From Candidatus Bathyarchaeota archaeon (GTDB taxonomy: Archaea > Thermoproteota > Bathyarchaeia > 40CM-2-53-6): a DNA stretch of 64,000 nt. The stretch spans positions 32,001-96,000 of the forward strand of contig CAWHWX010000018.1 in NCBI GenBank assembly GCA_963833125.1, given 5' to 3'. The translations under genes were made by a program, and so were the position numbers. Under the pieces are notes generated by a model that saw nothing but the letters and a program-made list of their open reading frames with translations, searched no databases and was not told the DNA's origin. Positions 22,334 to 33,910 of the stretch are shown here, in pieces; positions within the stretch are counted from its first letter, which is position 1; each line of letters begins with the position of its first letter.

Positions 22334-23155
22334 ATGGGAACTCGACAGATGTCAAAGGATTTGACTGTAGCCTTCATAGGCTCCGGAAATCTTGGCGTGT
22401 CCATGATCCAGGGTCTGCTCAATAAGGGCACTTACAATATCATCGCGACGGACGTAAACGAACAACGACTGGAGCCCCTCAAGAAACTTGGCGTACTTAC
22501 CTGTTCAGACAATGAGAGGGCAATCGCGCAGTCGAAGGTCATACTGCTTTGCACAACGCCGTTGCAAATGAAATCCTTGTTGCCAACCATTTCAAAATTA
22601 GTCAAGGGGAAGATAATAATTTCAGTTGCAGCTGGAATAGCCATAAGTTACCTTGAAAAAAACCTGCCCGGCGCAGCGATCATGAGAGCTATGCCGACGA
22701 TCGGGGGTCCCGTTAACGAATCAACTATGGGTTTTGCAGCAGGGGCTTCTGCAAGCCCGCCTGATGTGGAAACCTCGTTGCGTATTCTGAACGATATCGG
22801 GAAAACTTTCGAAGTTGATGACTCTCTGATCGATTATGTCACTGCCGTAAGTGCGAGCGGAATTGCGTTCATCTTCGATTGCTTCGATGGACTTGCATCT
22901 GGGGGTGTGAAAGTCGGTCTGAAACGAGATCTCGCTGTAAAATTAGTAGCGCACACCGCCCTAGGCGCATCTAAACTCATTTTAGAGCAAGGGAAAGAGC
23001 CCTCAGAACTCAAGAATTTCGTCACTACGGCCGGAGGAACCACAATTGCTGGCCTTTACGAGATGGAGAAACAAGGTGTGAGGTATGGATTGATGGCGGC
23101 GGTTGAAGCTGCCGCAAAGAGAGCGAAGGAGTTAACCGCCAGTCTAGCTAACTAG
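22334..23155 (+). CDS. proC: Pyrroline-5-carboxylate reductase
   Basis: Motifs FIGSGNLG, ISVAAGI, RAMP, TAVSASG and VTTAGGTTIAGL. Confidence 0.9.
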   Translation: MGTRQMSKDLTVAFIGSGNLGVSMIQGLLNKGTYNIIATDVNEQRLEPLKKLGVLTCSDNERAIAQSKVILLCTTPLQMKSLLPTISKLVKGKIIISVAAGIAISYLEKNLPGAAIMRAMPTIGGPVNESTMGFAAGASASPPDVETSLRILNDIGKTFEVDDSLIDYVTAVSASGIAFIFDCFDGLASGGVKVGLKRDLAVKLVAHTALGASKLILEQGKEPSELKNFVTTAGGTTIAGLYEMEKQGVRYGLMAAVEAAAKRAKELTASLAN

Positions 23156-23306
23156 CCTGCTTCCCTGAGAATTCCGTCGAATCTTAACTGTAAGCCCATC
23201 ACAGTTCTTAATCGTTAACGAGACGGGTTCATTCGAACGAGAGAGATCAAGTTACCACGACAACAAGCATCAAACTCCCTTAATCAAACTTTGCCTTTGA
23301 AATCAT

Positions 23307-25400
23307 CTAATTGGCGGTGATCAGTAGCTCTCCATATTTCAGAACCTCTGCCTGGTATTCAGGATGAATTACTGTCGTGGAGTCGAAGTCCTCTACGATG
23401 GCTGGCCCTCTAACAACAGTTCCCCTGGAGAGCTTAGGGCGAAGATAGCACGGGGTATCTACGAAACCATCAGTTTCGGTGAAGTAGACCTTTCTGTTGT
23501 GAATCAGCGCATTTGCAAGGTTTGATTCACCCATCAGTAGCTCTGTCAGCTTCGGTTTTGCGAGCTTTCCGACAGCGCTCACCCTTATGTTCACCAACTC
23601 AACTGGTTCTTGGCGTGCAGCGTGTCCATAAGACCGTTCATGTGCTTCATGGAATCTACCTGTAATGATCTCCCTGTCAATAGTTTTCAAATCTCCTCCG
23701 GGTATTGGTATGACAAGTTCGTAAGACTGTCCAATATAGCGCATGTCCAGTGCTCTTATGAAAGTCATGTTTTCCTCCGCAACCTCTTCACGTCGAAGCA
23801 GTTCTCTTCCCTCGTCTTCCAACTCTCTGAATCGTTTTGTGAGGTTGTTGAGGTCGAGAGCTGCGAATTCTGCTACGTACGTTCTGACATAGTCATGCTT
23901 CAAGTCTGTCATCAGGAGACCCATTGCTGAAAAGAGGCCGGGGTTAGTAGGCACAATCAGCCTTGGTATTCTGAACTCAGAGCGCGAGGGCGTTCGCATG
24001 CATCGGCCCCGCACCTCCATAGGCAATCAACACGAAATCTCGAGGGTCGTACCCTCGTTCGACCGAAGCGCGAGACGAATTGATCGCTGCATATTGGCAT
24101 TTGCAATATCAATTATGCCTTTCGCCGCTGCTACTACATCACCCTCTACGGCCGAGGCACATCTTCGGGCGATGGCTTTCATTGCTATTGAGGAGTACAG
24201 TCTTATTTCTCCACCGAGAAAATATTCTGGGTCGATTCTTCCCAAGACAAGGTTAGCGTCAGTGACTGTTGGCTCTGATCCGCCTTTGTCATAACACGCG
24301 GGCCCAGGTGAAGCGCCAGCACTCTGAGGTCCGACTCTAATTATTCCTCCTGAATCAATCCATGCGATGCTTCCACCTCCTGCACCAATTTCGACGAGGT
24401 CGATTACCGGTATCTTCAGAGGATATCCCGACCCCTTTGTGGAACCTAATTCGTTGGTCGCCATCGCCCCCACCTCGTAAGTTGACACGATTTTCGGTTC
24501 TCCCTTCTCTATCAATCCAACTTTGGCAGTTGTACCACCCATGTCAAACGAAATGACATCGTCGAATTCCAAGAGTTTCCCCATGGTCGACGCGGCGATG
24601 ACACCTGCTGCAGGCCCAGATTCGATCATATAGACTGGTCTCTTCTTCGCCGTTGCGGCAGTCATTAGTCCGCCGTTTGATTGCATGACGTATATTTCCG
24701 ATTTGATCCCCAGGGTTGAGAGCCTCGTCTCCAGGCGATCAAGATACTTTGCGACGATCGGCATGATCACCGTGTTGACTACCGCGGTACTCGCTCTGAA
24801 ATACTCTCGGAATTGAGGTGCTATCTCGGATGAAATAGTGACATAAAGGCTTGGGTTCTCCTTCGATATTATTCTGGCAATCTGTTTTTCGTGTTCCGGG
24901 TTCAGATATGAATGAAGAAGACAGATCGCTGCGCTGTCGAAACCTTCGTTCTTGATCTGTTGTGCCAATGCCTCAACCTGTGAATCATCTATCTCCTTCA
25001 GGACGTTACCTTCCGGCGAAATGCGTTCGGATACTTCGTAACAAAAGCGTCGTTCGATGAAGGGTGTTGGTTTGTCAAAGAAGATGTCGTAGAGCTTGGG
25101 TCTTATCTGCCTCTGAATCTCGAGGAGGTCTTTGAAACCCGAGGTCGTGATGAATGCTCCTTTGGCAACTTTACCTTCGATTACCGCGTTGGTTGCAACT
25201 GTGCTAGCGTGAACGATTTGCGTTATGTCTTTGCCTTCAGCGTGAGGAGTGACGTGGTTTACTGCCTCCAAGAATCCCATTGAGAAGTCAGACGGAGTGG
25301 TAGAGACCTTTGATCGAACGATACTTCCGGTCGCCATGTCCATCATTACGGCATCCGTGAAGGTTCCGCCGATATCCACGCCGAGACGGTACTTGGTCAT
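23307..25400 (-). CDS. ATP-dependent hydantoinase/5-oxoprolinase subunit A, frameshifted near 24070 and 23985
   Basis: Motifs [46 protein letters not shown] and GPAIVE. Confidence 0.9.
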
Positions 25401-27150
25401 TTCTCGACGCTTCCACCAATAGAACTCCTGAGTTTCTTCGTCTCTTTCTCATCAAGGATTAGAGTTCGTTCGTTTACAACGATACCATATTCGCTTCTAG
25501 CTCGCTTGGTCGAGAGTTTTCCGTTGATAATGTCCGAAAGAACGGCTCGTGGGTCTGCGTTTCAAGCGGGCTGCCGTACCCACCTGCACCGGGTGTTTGC
25601 AGACTGATGATATCTCCAGGTCGGAGCTTGAGCGTGAATTTACCACTCAACTCTTTTTCTCCAGATCGACCAGGATTGAGTATCACTCTCGAAGTCTTTC
25701 CGGCTTTACCCCCGAATAGTCCTTGAGGCGCAAACTTGAAGGTATCTGCAAGAACTGTGACCGTTGGTTCGTGGTCTCTAAACTGATAATCTGCGTCTCA
25801 ATCCCAATCCTCCCCTGAACTTTCCGGTCCCTCAGAGTTTGGTATCAGCTCATACCTGGTGATGAGTACAGGGTATCCTATCTCCATCTCTTCTATTGGA
25901 GAATTCTCAGTGTTATGATGGTGCGCCTGAACCGTGTCGACGCCATCCTTCGTAGATCTCCCTCCGTACCCTCCTGCCAAAGTCTCCATGAAGACGTATG
26001 GTTCCTTATCTCTCGGGTCCACTCCGCCGAAAGCGATATGAAAATAGGTCTTTTTGCCTTCTGCAGCTATTCGTTCGGGTATGAATTGTGAGAAAGCACT
26101 GAACACCGCCTCAGTAGTCTTGCAAGCAACCTCCCAACCTCCCACGACAGGTGCTGGATAGGCACAATTAACAACCAACCCCTTGGGAGCCTTAATTCTT
26201 ACTGCACGATAGAAACCATCATTCACGGGAATATCTGGAGGAACCAGAGCTTTGATTGCATAGCAACAGGCTGAAAACGATTGTGACGAGGTCGAATTCA
26301 TCGGACCTTGAGATTGCGGGTCTGACCCGGTTAGGTCGATTGTTATGTCTGATTGGCCTATTATCAGCTTAACATGTATCTTGATCGGCCTATCGACAAC
26401 GCCGTCATCATCAACGTACGTTTCTGATTCGTAAACACCACTCCGAAATTCACCAATAGCACTTCGTGTCCTTCTTTCTGTGTAGTCATAGAGGTCTTCA
26501 AGCACTACTTTTACTTCATCCAGCCCGAAACGGTCGAGTAGGCCAGTCATCCGCCTTTGAGCAAGCTTGTTCGCTGCAACTTGCGCTCTTAGGTCACCAG
26601 CGAATTCTTTCTTTCCACGAACGTTCGCTAGAATCAACTTAAGCATCTCTTCGTCTAATTCCCCTTTCTTGAGTATCTTGACGCCAGGAAAAATGAGTCC
26701 TTCTTGAAAGATTTCAGTGGTTATTGCCAAACTTCCTGGTGCCCTTCCCCCCACATCTACGTGATGCGCCAGATTTACAACGAATCCGAAGATCTCGTCC
26801 AGATAATAGATTGGCGAGATCAGACTCACGTCGTTTAGGTGAGACATGCCACGATGCGGGTCATTGATCAATACGCCATCTCCAGGTTGTAGGTTCTCGA
26901 CCCCGTATTCCCTGAGGGCGGAGGGTATAGAGAAGACAAGTGAACCGAGGTGGCATGGCTGATTAAATGCCTGAACGATGACTCTCATCTGGTTATCAAA
27001 GAACGCGCATGAGTAATCGAGTCTCGTCTTTATGTTCGTCGAATAGGCAGATCTTGCAAGTGCTGCACTCATTTCATCCGCTGTCGCTTGCAGGGCATTC
27101 CGAATCACTTCAAGCCTTATTGCGTCTGATTTTCTCTCCGTTGTTATCAC
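25397..27150 (-). CDS. ATP-dependent hydantoinase/5-oxoprolinase subunit B, frameshifted in the 3' part
   Basis: Motifs RSAYSTNIK..DYSCA, NDPH..HLND, HHVDVGG, FQEGL and TPGAGGYGSP. The corrected stop overlaps the subunit A start codon. Confidence 0.9.
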
Positions 27151-27201
27151 ATCTCGGAGCAGCCTAACTCGCCAGCTATTTCACTTATATATATATTCTC
27201 G
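27151..27201. promoter_or_regulatory. Compact divergent promoter region between hydantoinase B and the sarcosine oxidase beta-like gene
   Basis: Only 51 bp separate the divergent ORF starts, and the gap contains TTATATATATAT. Confidence 0.5.
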
Positions 27202-28389
27202 ATGTCACAACGAAGTTCGAGGTTCACAAGACTGGAAGATCATGCGACTGTCGCAATTATCGGAGGTGGCGTTCAGGGGCTCTCCCTAGCGTATAATCTT
27301 GCAAAACAAGGTATCAACGATGTGGTAGTCCTCGAGAAATCCTACATAGGCAGTGGTGGCTCGGGAAGAAACAGCGGAGGAATCAGGAGTCAGTATGCCA
27401 ACAAAGCCAACATACTGCTTGCAAATGAGAGCTTGAAGATTGCGGAGAAAATATCTGCCGAGCTGAATTACAACATAATGTTTCGGCAGGGCGGATATCT
27501 CTATCTGGCTCGATCTGAGACCCAGATGCAGAACCTCAAGGATGCAGTAGCTGCCCAGAATTCACTTGGGATTGGGACCAGGCTTGTCTCCCCTGAAGAC
27601 ATTCAAGAAGTTGTACCAGACTTGAATACGGAAGGGGTCATCGGCGGGAGTTACAATCACAAGGATGGCATTTCAAGACATGATGCCGTAGTATGGGGAT
27701 ATGCGCGTCAAGCTAAGAAACTAGGGGTGCGAATCCATCAAGAAACTCCAGTTCACAGAATAACGACTGAAAGCGGGAGGGTAAGGTCGGTCCTGACAAG
27801 CCGGGGGGAGTTCTCTGCTGACTGGATTGTAAACGCTGCGGGTGCTCACTCAAAGGATCTAGCTGCAGACGTGGGTGTAAATCTCCCAATCTTTCCAGCG
27901 AAAAGAGAACTGTTTGTAACTGAGTCTGTCGAGCCATTCCTTGATCCACTCGTGGAAGACTTAGACACGATGGCGTACTTCACACAGACGGACAGGGGTG
28001 AGGTACTCGCAGCTACTCATGTGATCAGGGAAGAGGAACCCACCTATGACATGATGTGCACGTTCATGATGCTCGCGAAGACTGCCGAACAGACAATAAT
28101 GTACTTTCCTCGCCTGAGAAATGTGGCGGTGCTAAGACAATGGGCGGGAACCTATGATATCACGCCGGACGGCAGCCCGATACTCGGTGAGGTCGATGAG
28201 GTAGGAGGTTTCATTCAAGCGAACGGTTTCAGTGGCGCCGGGTTCAAACTGTGCTTTGCAGTCGGAAAGTTCTTGGCCGAACTAATAATGACCGGCGAGA
28301 CACCCTCGATCCTTCAACCGTACTCTCTAAACAGATTCAGAGAGGGAAAACTCCTTCTAGAGATGGAGGCAAAGGAGTCGGCCGCATAG
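27202..28389 (+). CDS. FAD-dependent sarcosine oxidase beta / dye-linked proline dehydrogenase beta-like subunit
   Basis: Motifs IIGGGVQG, SGRNSGGIR, RQWAGTYDITPDGSPILG and GFSGAGF. Confidence 0.88.
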   Translation: MSQRSSRFTRLEDHATVAIIGGGVQGLSLAYNLAKQGINDVVVLEKSYIGSGGSGRNSGGIRSQYANKANILLANESLKIAEKISAELNYNIMFRQGGYLYLARSETQMQNLKDAVAAQNSLGIGTRLVSPEDIQEVVPDLNTEGVIGGSYNHKDGISRHDAVVWGYARQAKKLGVRIHQETPVHRITTESGRVRSVLTSRGEFSADWIVNAAGAHSKDLAADVGVNLPIFPAKRELFVTESVEPFLDPLVEDLDTMAYFTQTDRGEVLAATHVIREEEPTYDMMCTFMMLAKTAEQTIMYFPRLRNVAVLRQWAGTYDITPDGSPILGEVDEVGGFIQANGFSGAGFKLCFAVGKFLAELIMTGETPSILQPYSLNRFREGKLLLEMEAKESAA

Positions 28390-28779
28390 CGGCCTAGATA
28401 ATCTACTAGCCGAAGACCAACTGCGTATCAAGAGGCGTCATGTCGTTCTATTACCGCCCTTCGGAATAGTCCTAACTTGATCTGTCTCAAACTAGATCGG
28501 CCTTGTCAAACATATGATAACATTTTGTCCGTCGTACTCGAATTGAGATTTCTCGTCACACACCACCGGGGACCGCCACCAAGTCTGGCTCATTACTTCC
28601 GTGTAGTTTCAATCGGTCGAGGATTCTCTGTCTTGCACGATCTTTGTCATATCCGACAAGACGATATACTACAAAATGCCCATATCTCCCTCAAGCCGGG
28701 AACTGCCAGATTGCGGAAGCTTGTACAATTGCAGGCAAATAGACCATAATCGCCAGCTTGGTCGCATGGAGCTCAAGAA

Positions 28780-30283
28780 TTGGCTGAGGGTTCACGCATC
28801 AACGATCACCCTTTGCTGGGTATTCAGCGAGGAAAGAAGGTCTCCTTACTTTTCGAGGGCAAGAGAATCGAGGCATATGAAGGCGAGACTGTCGGAGTTG
28901 CGCTCCACGCTTCATGCCAGAGAATCCTCTCAAGGAGTTTCAAGTATCATAGACCTCGCGGTCTGTTCTGCATGACCGGTAATTGTCCCAACTGCACTAT
29001 GGAGGTTGACGGGATCTCAAATGTGAAAACCTGCTTAGAACCTGTGCGAGACGGCATCAGTGTGAAGGGTCAGCACTCTTGGCCAGCTTTGAACAGGGAT
29101 CTAGGGTCGAGCATTGAGATATTTGATTTCCTTTTTCCCGTGGGGTTTCAATATAAACGATTCATTCGTCCTAGGATTATCTGGCCGATAATTGACCGGA
29201 TAATCAGGCGAGCTGCGGGTGTGGGGTCCCTTCCTAGCGAATACGCAGGCCGGAGCCAAGAATGACTACAGAAAGGTCGCCGTTCAAACTGAAATATTGG
29301 TTATTGGCGGAGGGCCCGCAGGCTTATCGGCTGCTCTGGCGGCCTCGAAGTATGATACCAAGGTAATGCTGGTCGAGGAAAGGAAACAATTAGGCGGGAT
29401 GCTAAGGTATCAAACGCATGGATTCGAAGACGTATTTCAGTACAAAGCCAAGAGAGGTTTTCAAATCGCTGATGATATGGCAAGGTCTGTAGAAGGAAAC
29501 AGTCAGATCGACTTGCTTACTGATGCCAAAGTTTTTGGTTACTTTGCCGATGGGATTGTTGGCATCTGGCAGGGTAAGACCCTCTACCGATGCGTTGCAA
29601 GGAACATAATCGTTGCGACGGGAGCATACGAGAGGCCGATGCTATTCACCAACAACGACTTGCCCGGAGTGATTCAATCATCCGCCGTGCAAATTCTCCT
29701 ACACAGGTTCGGCATCAGACCGGGTCAGAGCGTTGTAGTTGCGACTACCAATGATTACGGTTACAGGGTGGCAAGGAACTTAGAGGAGGCTGAAGTACGC
29801 GTCGTTGCGGTTGCTGATTCAAGGGAGTCAAATCCACGCTCGCAGTTACACAAGAGCTTGCTCTCCAAGAATATTCCGATCTTTCAGCCTTTTGTAGTAA
29901 GAGAAGCCAAAGGGGTCAGATGCGTGAGGGAGGTTGTTGTGGAGCCGGTAGTGTCAAGTCGTTCCGAAAGCTCATCTATTGAGCAGCTAAGATGTGATAC
30001 TGTCTGCACCGCTGCAGGTTTTACCCCGGCAGTGGAGATTTTGGCGCAAGCAGGAGCCTCAATCAGTTTGACGTCTAATGGACCAATGCCAAAACACGAC
30101 GAACATATGAGAGTCAAGAAAGGGCTTTACGTCGCTGGAAACGCTGCTGGGATAAAGGACCTATACAATTCGATTCTGGATGGCTGGATAGCAGGATTAA
30201 CATGCGTGGTCGACATTGGCACTCATTCAGATGAAGCAAAGACCGTCAGGGAAGAGTATTTGCAGATGCGGCGGAGTTCGTGA
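28780..30283 (+). CDS. Sarcosine oxidase alpha / proline dehydrogenase alpha-like subunit (2Fe-2S plus FAD domain), frameshifted at ~29246
   Basis: Motifs SRSFKYHRPRGLFCMTGNCPNC, IGGGPAGLSAA and ATGAYER..NNDLPGV. Confidence 0.88.
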
Positions 30284-30308
30284 GTGATTCATACCGGGTA
30301 AATCGTTC

Positions 30309-30614
30309 TTGTCCAAGAATAAGAAGATCGTCTGTTTTTGCATGGACGTAACGCTGAAGGATGTGGAGGAGGCAATAGAGGAGGGCTACAATCACCTAGA
30401 GGTGTTCAAGCGATACACTACTTGCTTCATGGGTACATGCCAAGGGAAGCAGTGTGGACTCGCTTCGATCCTGCTCTTTTGTAAATACGCCAACAAGGAC
30501 CTGAAGAGCGTGAGTGTGACGACCATGAGACCTCCAGTTTTCCCCGTACCACTCGCGGTGCTGGCCGCACAGGAACCACCAACTCCGATCCAGAATTCTA
30601 GCAAAGTCGATTAG
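30309..30614 (+). CDS. BFD-like [2Fe-2S] small subunit of the sarcosine/proline dehydrogenase-like complex
   Basis: Motifs IVCFCMDVT, KRYT..MGTCQGKQC and RPPVFPV. Confidence 0.85.
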   Translation: MSKNKKIVCFCMDVTLKDVEEAIEEGYNHLEVFKRYTTCFMGTCQGKQCGLASILLFCKYANKDLKSVSVTTMRPPVFPVPLAVLAAQEPPTPIQNSSKVD

Positions 30615-30729
30615 ATCAAAGGAACGATGCGCTTAACTTTAAAGCATACGAGATTGAGTGCGAAGTGAATTCGCTTGAATCTTCATACATTGCGAATTAA
30701 CGCTGATAACTTCGAGAGACTGACGACGG

Positions 30730-31935
30730 TTGAAGCTTAGCCCTGTCCTAATTCTAGGATTTAGTCTTCTTTCAACGTACGCGATAAATACAGTCCTCTC
30801 CGTTCTACTTCCGTTTGTCCGTAAAGATTTCGAAATGTCCCTGTTGCTCGCAGGTGTTCTCATCTCAAGCTACGGATGGTCAATAACGATTCTTCAAATG
30901 CCGGTTGGCGTAATCTCAGATCGTTACGAACCACGCAAGATACTCTCTCTCTCGATGCTCTGTCTATTTATTGCATCCCTCTGGTTTTCTACGTCCTCTA
31001 GTGTAATATCGCTGATTACCTCGAGAGTGATTATGGGAGTCGGTGCTAGTTTCGTCTTCGTCGCCGGAGTCAAGACAATCGAGTCGTATTATGCTGAAAA
31101 GGATAGAGGGAAAGCTATAGGTCTATTCAGCTCGCTGGCAAACGTTGGCGTGGTAGCGGCGAATCTATTTGCGCCTGCAATATTGCAATGGACCGACCTA
31201 GGTTGGAGAGGCGTTTATGGGTTAGTGGGCCTTTTGGCGCTGGCATCATCCATAATTTCGCTGAAACTAATACCACGACAAGCTGCGACCTCTCAAGTTG
31301 GAAACGATTCGAATGGAGTAGTCGACAGGGCAGTTGAGGACGAAATCAGGCTTGTTAGTCGCAATCCACACTTCTGGGTTCAAAACGTGATATCTTTTGT
31401 TTACTTTGGTTCAAATCTCGGTTTGCTCTTCTGGATACCTAGCTATTTGAAAGCAGAAGGGTTCAGTCTAGGCTTCAGCGGGATCGCGGTTTCCCTGATT
31501 GGTGTTGGATCTATTTTTGGTAGCACGCTCGGAGGATGGCTGATTGACAGAAACGGGAAGAGAAATCCAGTAATGAGAGCGTTCTTCGTTATCTACATAG
31601 TGGGAATTCTTATGATTGCATTGCTTCCTGGATATCCAGGTTTAGGCTCACTGTTCTTGATTTCGCCAATCCTGATCGGGCTCTCCTGGGGCGGAATCAC
31701 AGTGAATACACAGCTAGTAGTCGAACTTTTTCCAGAGAAACTCGTCGGAACAGCATTTGGTATCACAAATACGGTGAGATGGTTCGGATCCTCTCTTTAT
31801 CCTCTTATGATAGGTGCTCTCTTAACACTAAATTTCACGTACGGAGAATCGTTCTCAGTTCTTTGCGCTACCGTGATTGGTGCACTGGTTGTCAGTCGCT
31901 TCTCACTTGAGACGTGGCAAGACGCCGTTCTTTAG
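30730..31935 (+). CDS. MFS transporter
   Basis: About 12 TM segments with motif-A-like GVISDRYEPRK and GWLIDRNGKR. Confidence 0.9.
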   Translation: MKLSPVLILGFSLLSTYAINTVLSVLLPFVRKDFEMSLLLAGVLISSYGWSITILQMPVGVISDRYEPRKILSLSMLCLFIASLWFSTSSSVISLITSRVIMGVGASFVFVAGVKTIESYYAEKDRGKAIGLFSSLANVGVVAANLFAPAILQWTDLGWRGVYGLVGLLALASSIISLKLIPRQAATSQVGNDSNGVVDRAVEDEIRLVSRNPHFWVQNVISFVYFGSNLGLLFWIPSYLKAEGFSLGFSGIAVSLIGVGSIFGSTLGGWLIDRNGKRNPVMRAFFVIYIVGILMIALLPGYPGLGSLFLISPILIGLSWGGITVNTQLVVELFPEKLVGTAFGITNTVRWFGSSLYPLMIGALLTLNFTYGESFSVLCATVIGALVVSRFSLETWQDAVL

Positions 31936-32039
31936 CTCGAACCCACGACGAGCCAGTTGGCGGCACTCCAGGCGAAAATATTCCATATTTAGACCCATTC
32001 CTCAATATTTAAAGCCATTATCGCATGCCGTTTCAGTGC

Positions 32040-32945
32040 ATGGACGATAAGGTCATACCCTTAGCTGAAGCCATCGCGAAATTTGTCAAGGATGGAGATC
32101 ATATCGCGCTTGGAGGTTGGGTCATTGCAAGATGCGTTGTAGCCGCAGTTCACGAAATCATTAGACAAAGAAAATGCAATCTCACAGTGAGCCAGGGCGT
32201 CGCGGGTTTCGACACGGATTTGCTCGTCGGCTCTGGAGCTGTCAAGCATCTAAACATGTCTGGCGGATCGCTGGAGGACTTCGGCAGACTAAATCGGATC
32301 AATAAAAAGATACTGGATCGAGAGATCGATGTTGAAGAGTACAGTGCGCTTGCAATGGCGACGAGATTCCTTGCCGGGGCGATGGGGTTACCGTATCTAC
32401 CCACTCGTTCGCTGCTAGGCTCTACAATCTTGGAAAACCTTCAAATGAAAAATCCGCAAGTGGTCATCAAAGATAAGTGCCCGTTCACTGGTGACTCCTT
32501 GGTATTACTGCGAGCTCTGAACCCGCAGACTGCAATCGTGCATGCTCAACGCGCTGACCGTGATGGGAATGCCCAAATCTTTGGTCCTCTGTGGGACACG
32601 AAAGAGATAGTGGCGTCTGCAGATCGCGTCATACTCACGGTAGATGAGATAGTAGAGAAATCGGAGATCATACACAACGCTGAGATGACCGTGATCCCTT
32701 CTTTTAGAGTTCTATCGGTAAGTTTGGTCCCCTTCGCCGCTCACCCGACCTCGTGCTATAGGCTCTACGATTACGATGCACAGCACCTCAGAGTTTATGC
32801 CGAGGCGTCAGCCGATGATAAGACTTTCAAGGAGTACGTCAAAGAGAACATTCTCGCGAAGGGTAGCTTCGAGGAGTACCTAGAATCGGTCTGTCCAATG
32901 AAGCGACGAGAGTTACTGAAAGCTGACTGGGAGAAGGGCTATTGA
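32040..32945 (+). CDS. CoA-transferase subunit A (GctA-like), copy 1
   Basis: Motifs VKDGDHIALGG, AGAMGLPYLP, CPFTG and HAQRADRDGN. A TTTAAA box lies about 30 nt upstream. Confidence 0.88.
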   Translation: MDDKVIPLAEAIAKFVKDGDHIALGGWVIARCVVAAVHEIIRQRKCNLTVSQGVAGFDTDLLVGSGAVKHLNMSGGSLEDFGRLNRINKKILDREIDVEEYSALAMATRFLAGAMGLPYLPTRSLLGSTILENLQMKNPQVVIKDKCPFTGDSLVLLRALNPQTAIVHAQRADRDGNAQIFGPLWDTKEIVASADRVILTVDEIVEKSEIIHNAEMTVIPSFRVLSVSLVPFAAHPTSCYRLYDYDAQHLRVYAEASADDKTFKEYVKENILAKGSFEEYLESVCPMKRRELLKADWEKGY

Positions 32946-33724
32946 AGATGCCAGCACCGGGTGAGCCCACTAAAGAGGAGATTATGATAGTTACCGGCGC
33001 TCGTGCGCTGAAAGACAAAGAGTTGGTTCTAGTGGGAAAGGGGCTGCCGCAACTTTCAGCTACCCTAGCGAAGATGAGCCACGCTCCAAACATGAAGATG
33101 ATCCTCGAAGTAGGCGTTGTGAACTCTAAGCCCATAGATCCTACGATGGGCGTTGCGGATCCTAGGTTGTGGTATGAGGCGGAGTACATGAGTGGACTTG
33201 TTGACATTCTGGGAATGATGCTCCAGAGAGGAATAATTGACACAGGTTTCTTGGGGGGAGTTCAAATCGACACATATGGAAACTTGAACTCCACCATCGT
33301 AATGGACGAATCGGGGAAACAGAGACGCTTCATAGGGAGTGGAGGTGCAAACGATATAGCATCTCTCGCAAAGAGAACGGTCATAATAATGAAGCACGAA
33401 AGACGTAGGTTTCTTTCGCCTGTGCACTATGTCACTAGTCCAGGATACCTGAGTGGAGGGGATGAACGAAAAAGGCTAGGGCTTATGGGCTCCGGTCCCG
33501 AGATTGTCATAACCGATCTCTGCGTCTTCAGATTCAACCGGCAAACCAAAAAGTTGGAATTAGCGAGCACGCATCCAGGCGTAAGTTTCGAAAGCGTGCA
33601 AGAACATACCGGCTTCGAGGTAGAAAAGAGCAAGGACCTAAGTGGAAGTCCTCTACCGACTGAACGTGAATTAGAGTTACTGCGAAACGTCATAGACCCA
33701 AAGCATCAATATGTTGGAAAATGA
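32942..33724 (+). CDS. CoA-transferase subunit B (GctB-like), copy 1
   Basis: Motifs LEVG (catalytic Glu position), GGVQIDTYGNLNST, GSGGANDIA and YVTSPG. Confidence 0.88.
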   Translation: MKMPAPGEPTKEEIMIVTGARALKDKELVLVGKGLPQLSATLAKMSHAPNMKMILEVGVVNSKPIDPTMGVADPRLWYEAEYMSGLVDILGMMLQRGIIDTGFLGGVQIDTYGNLNSTIVMDESGKQRRFIGSGGANDIASLAKRTVIIMKHERRRFLSPVHYVTSPGYLSGGDERKRLGLMGSGPEIVITDLCVFRFNRQTKKLELASTHPGVSFESVQEHTGFEVEKSKDLSGSPLPTERELELLRNVIDPKHQYVGK

Positions 33725-33910
33725 GAAAGGCGATTCCTGTGATTATATTGATTATGACAGGTTTGGTCTATAGGCGTTTACATCTTTGACTATACTTTCA
33801 ACTTGCGATGCGTTTTGCGTTGCTTGCAATCAGGATATAACGGTGCCAACGAAATATCGAGATGGGTATTTCCACTCGAATAATCGAAAAACAACCGGAG
33901 AATCACGATT

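Noticed and set aside
28390-28779. Possible sarcosine oxidase delta subunit or Cys-rich microprotein between the beta and alpha genes
   Set aside because: One frame has several Cys residues but no clear start and no CPxCG SoxD motif; support is insufficient.
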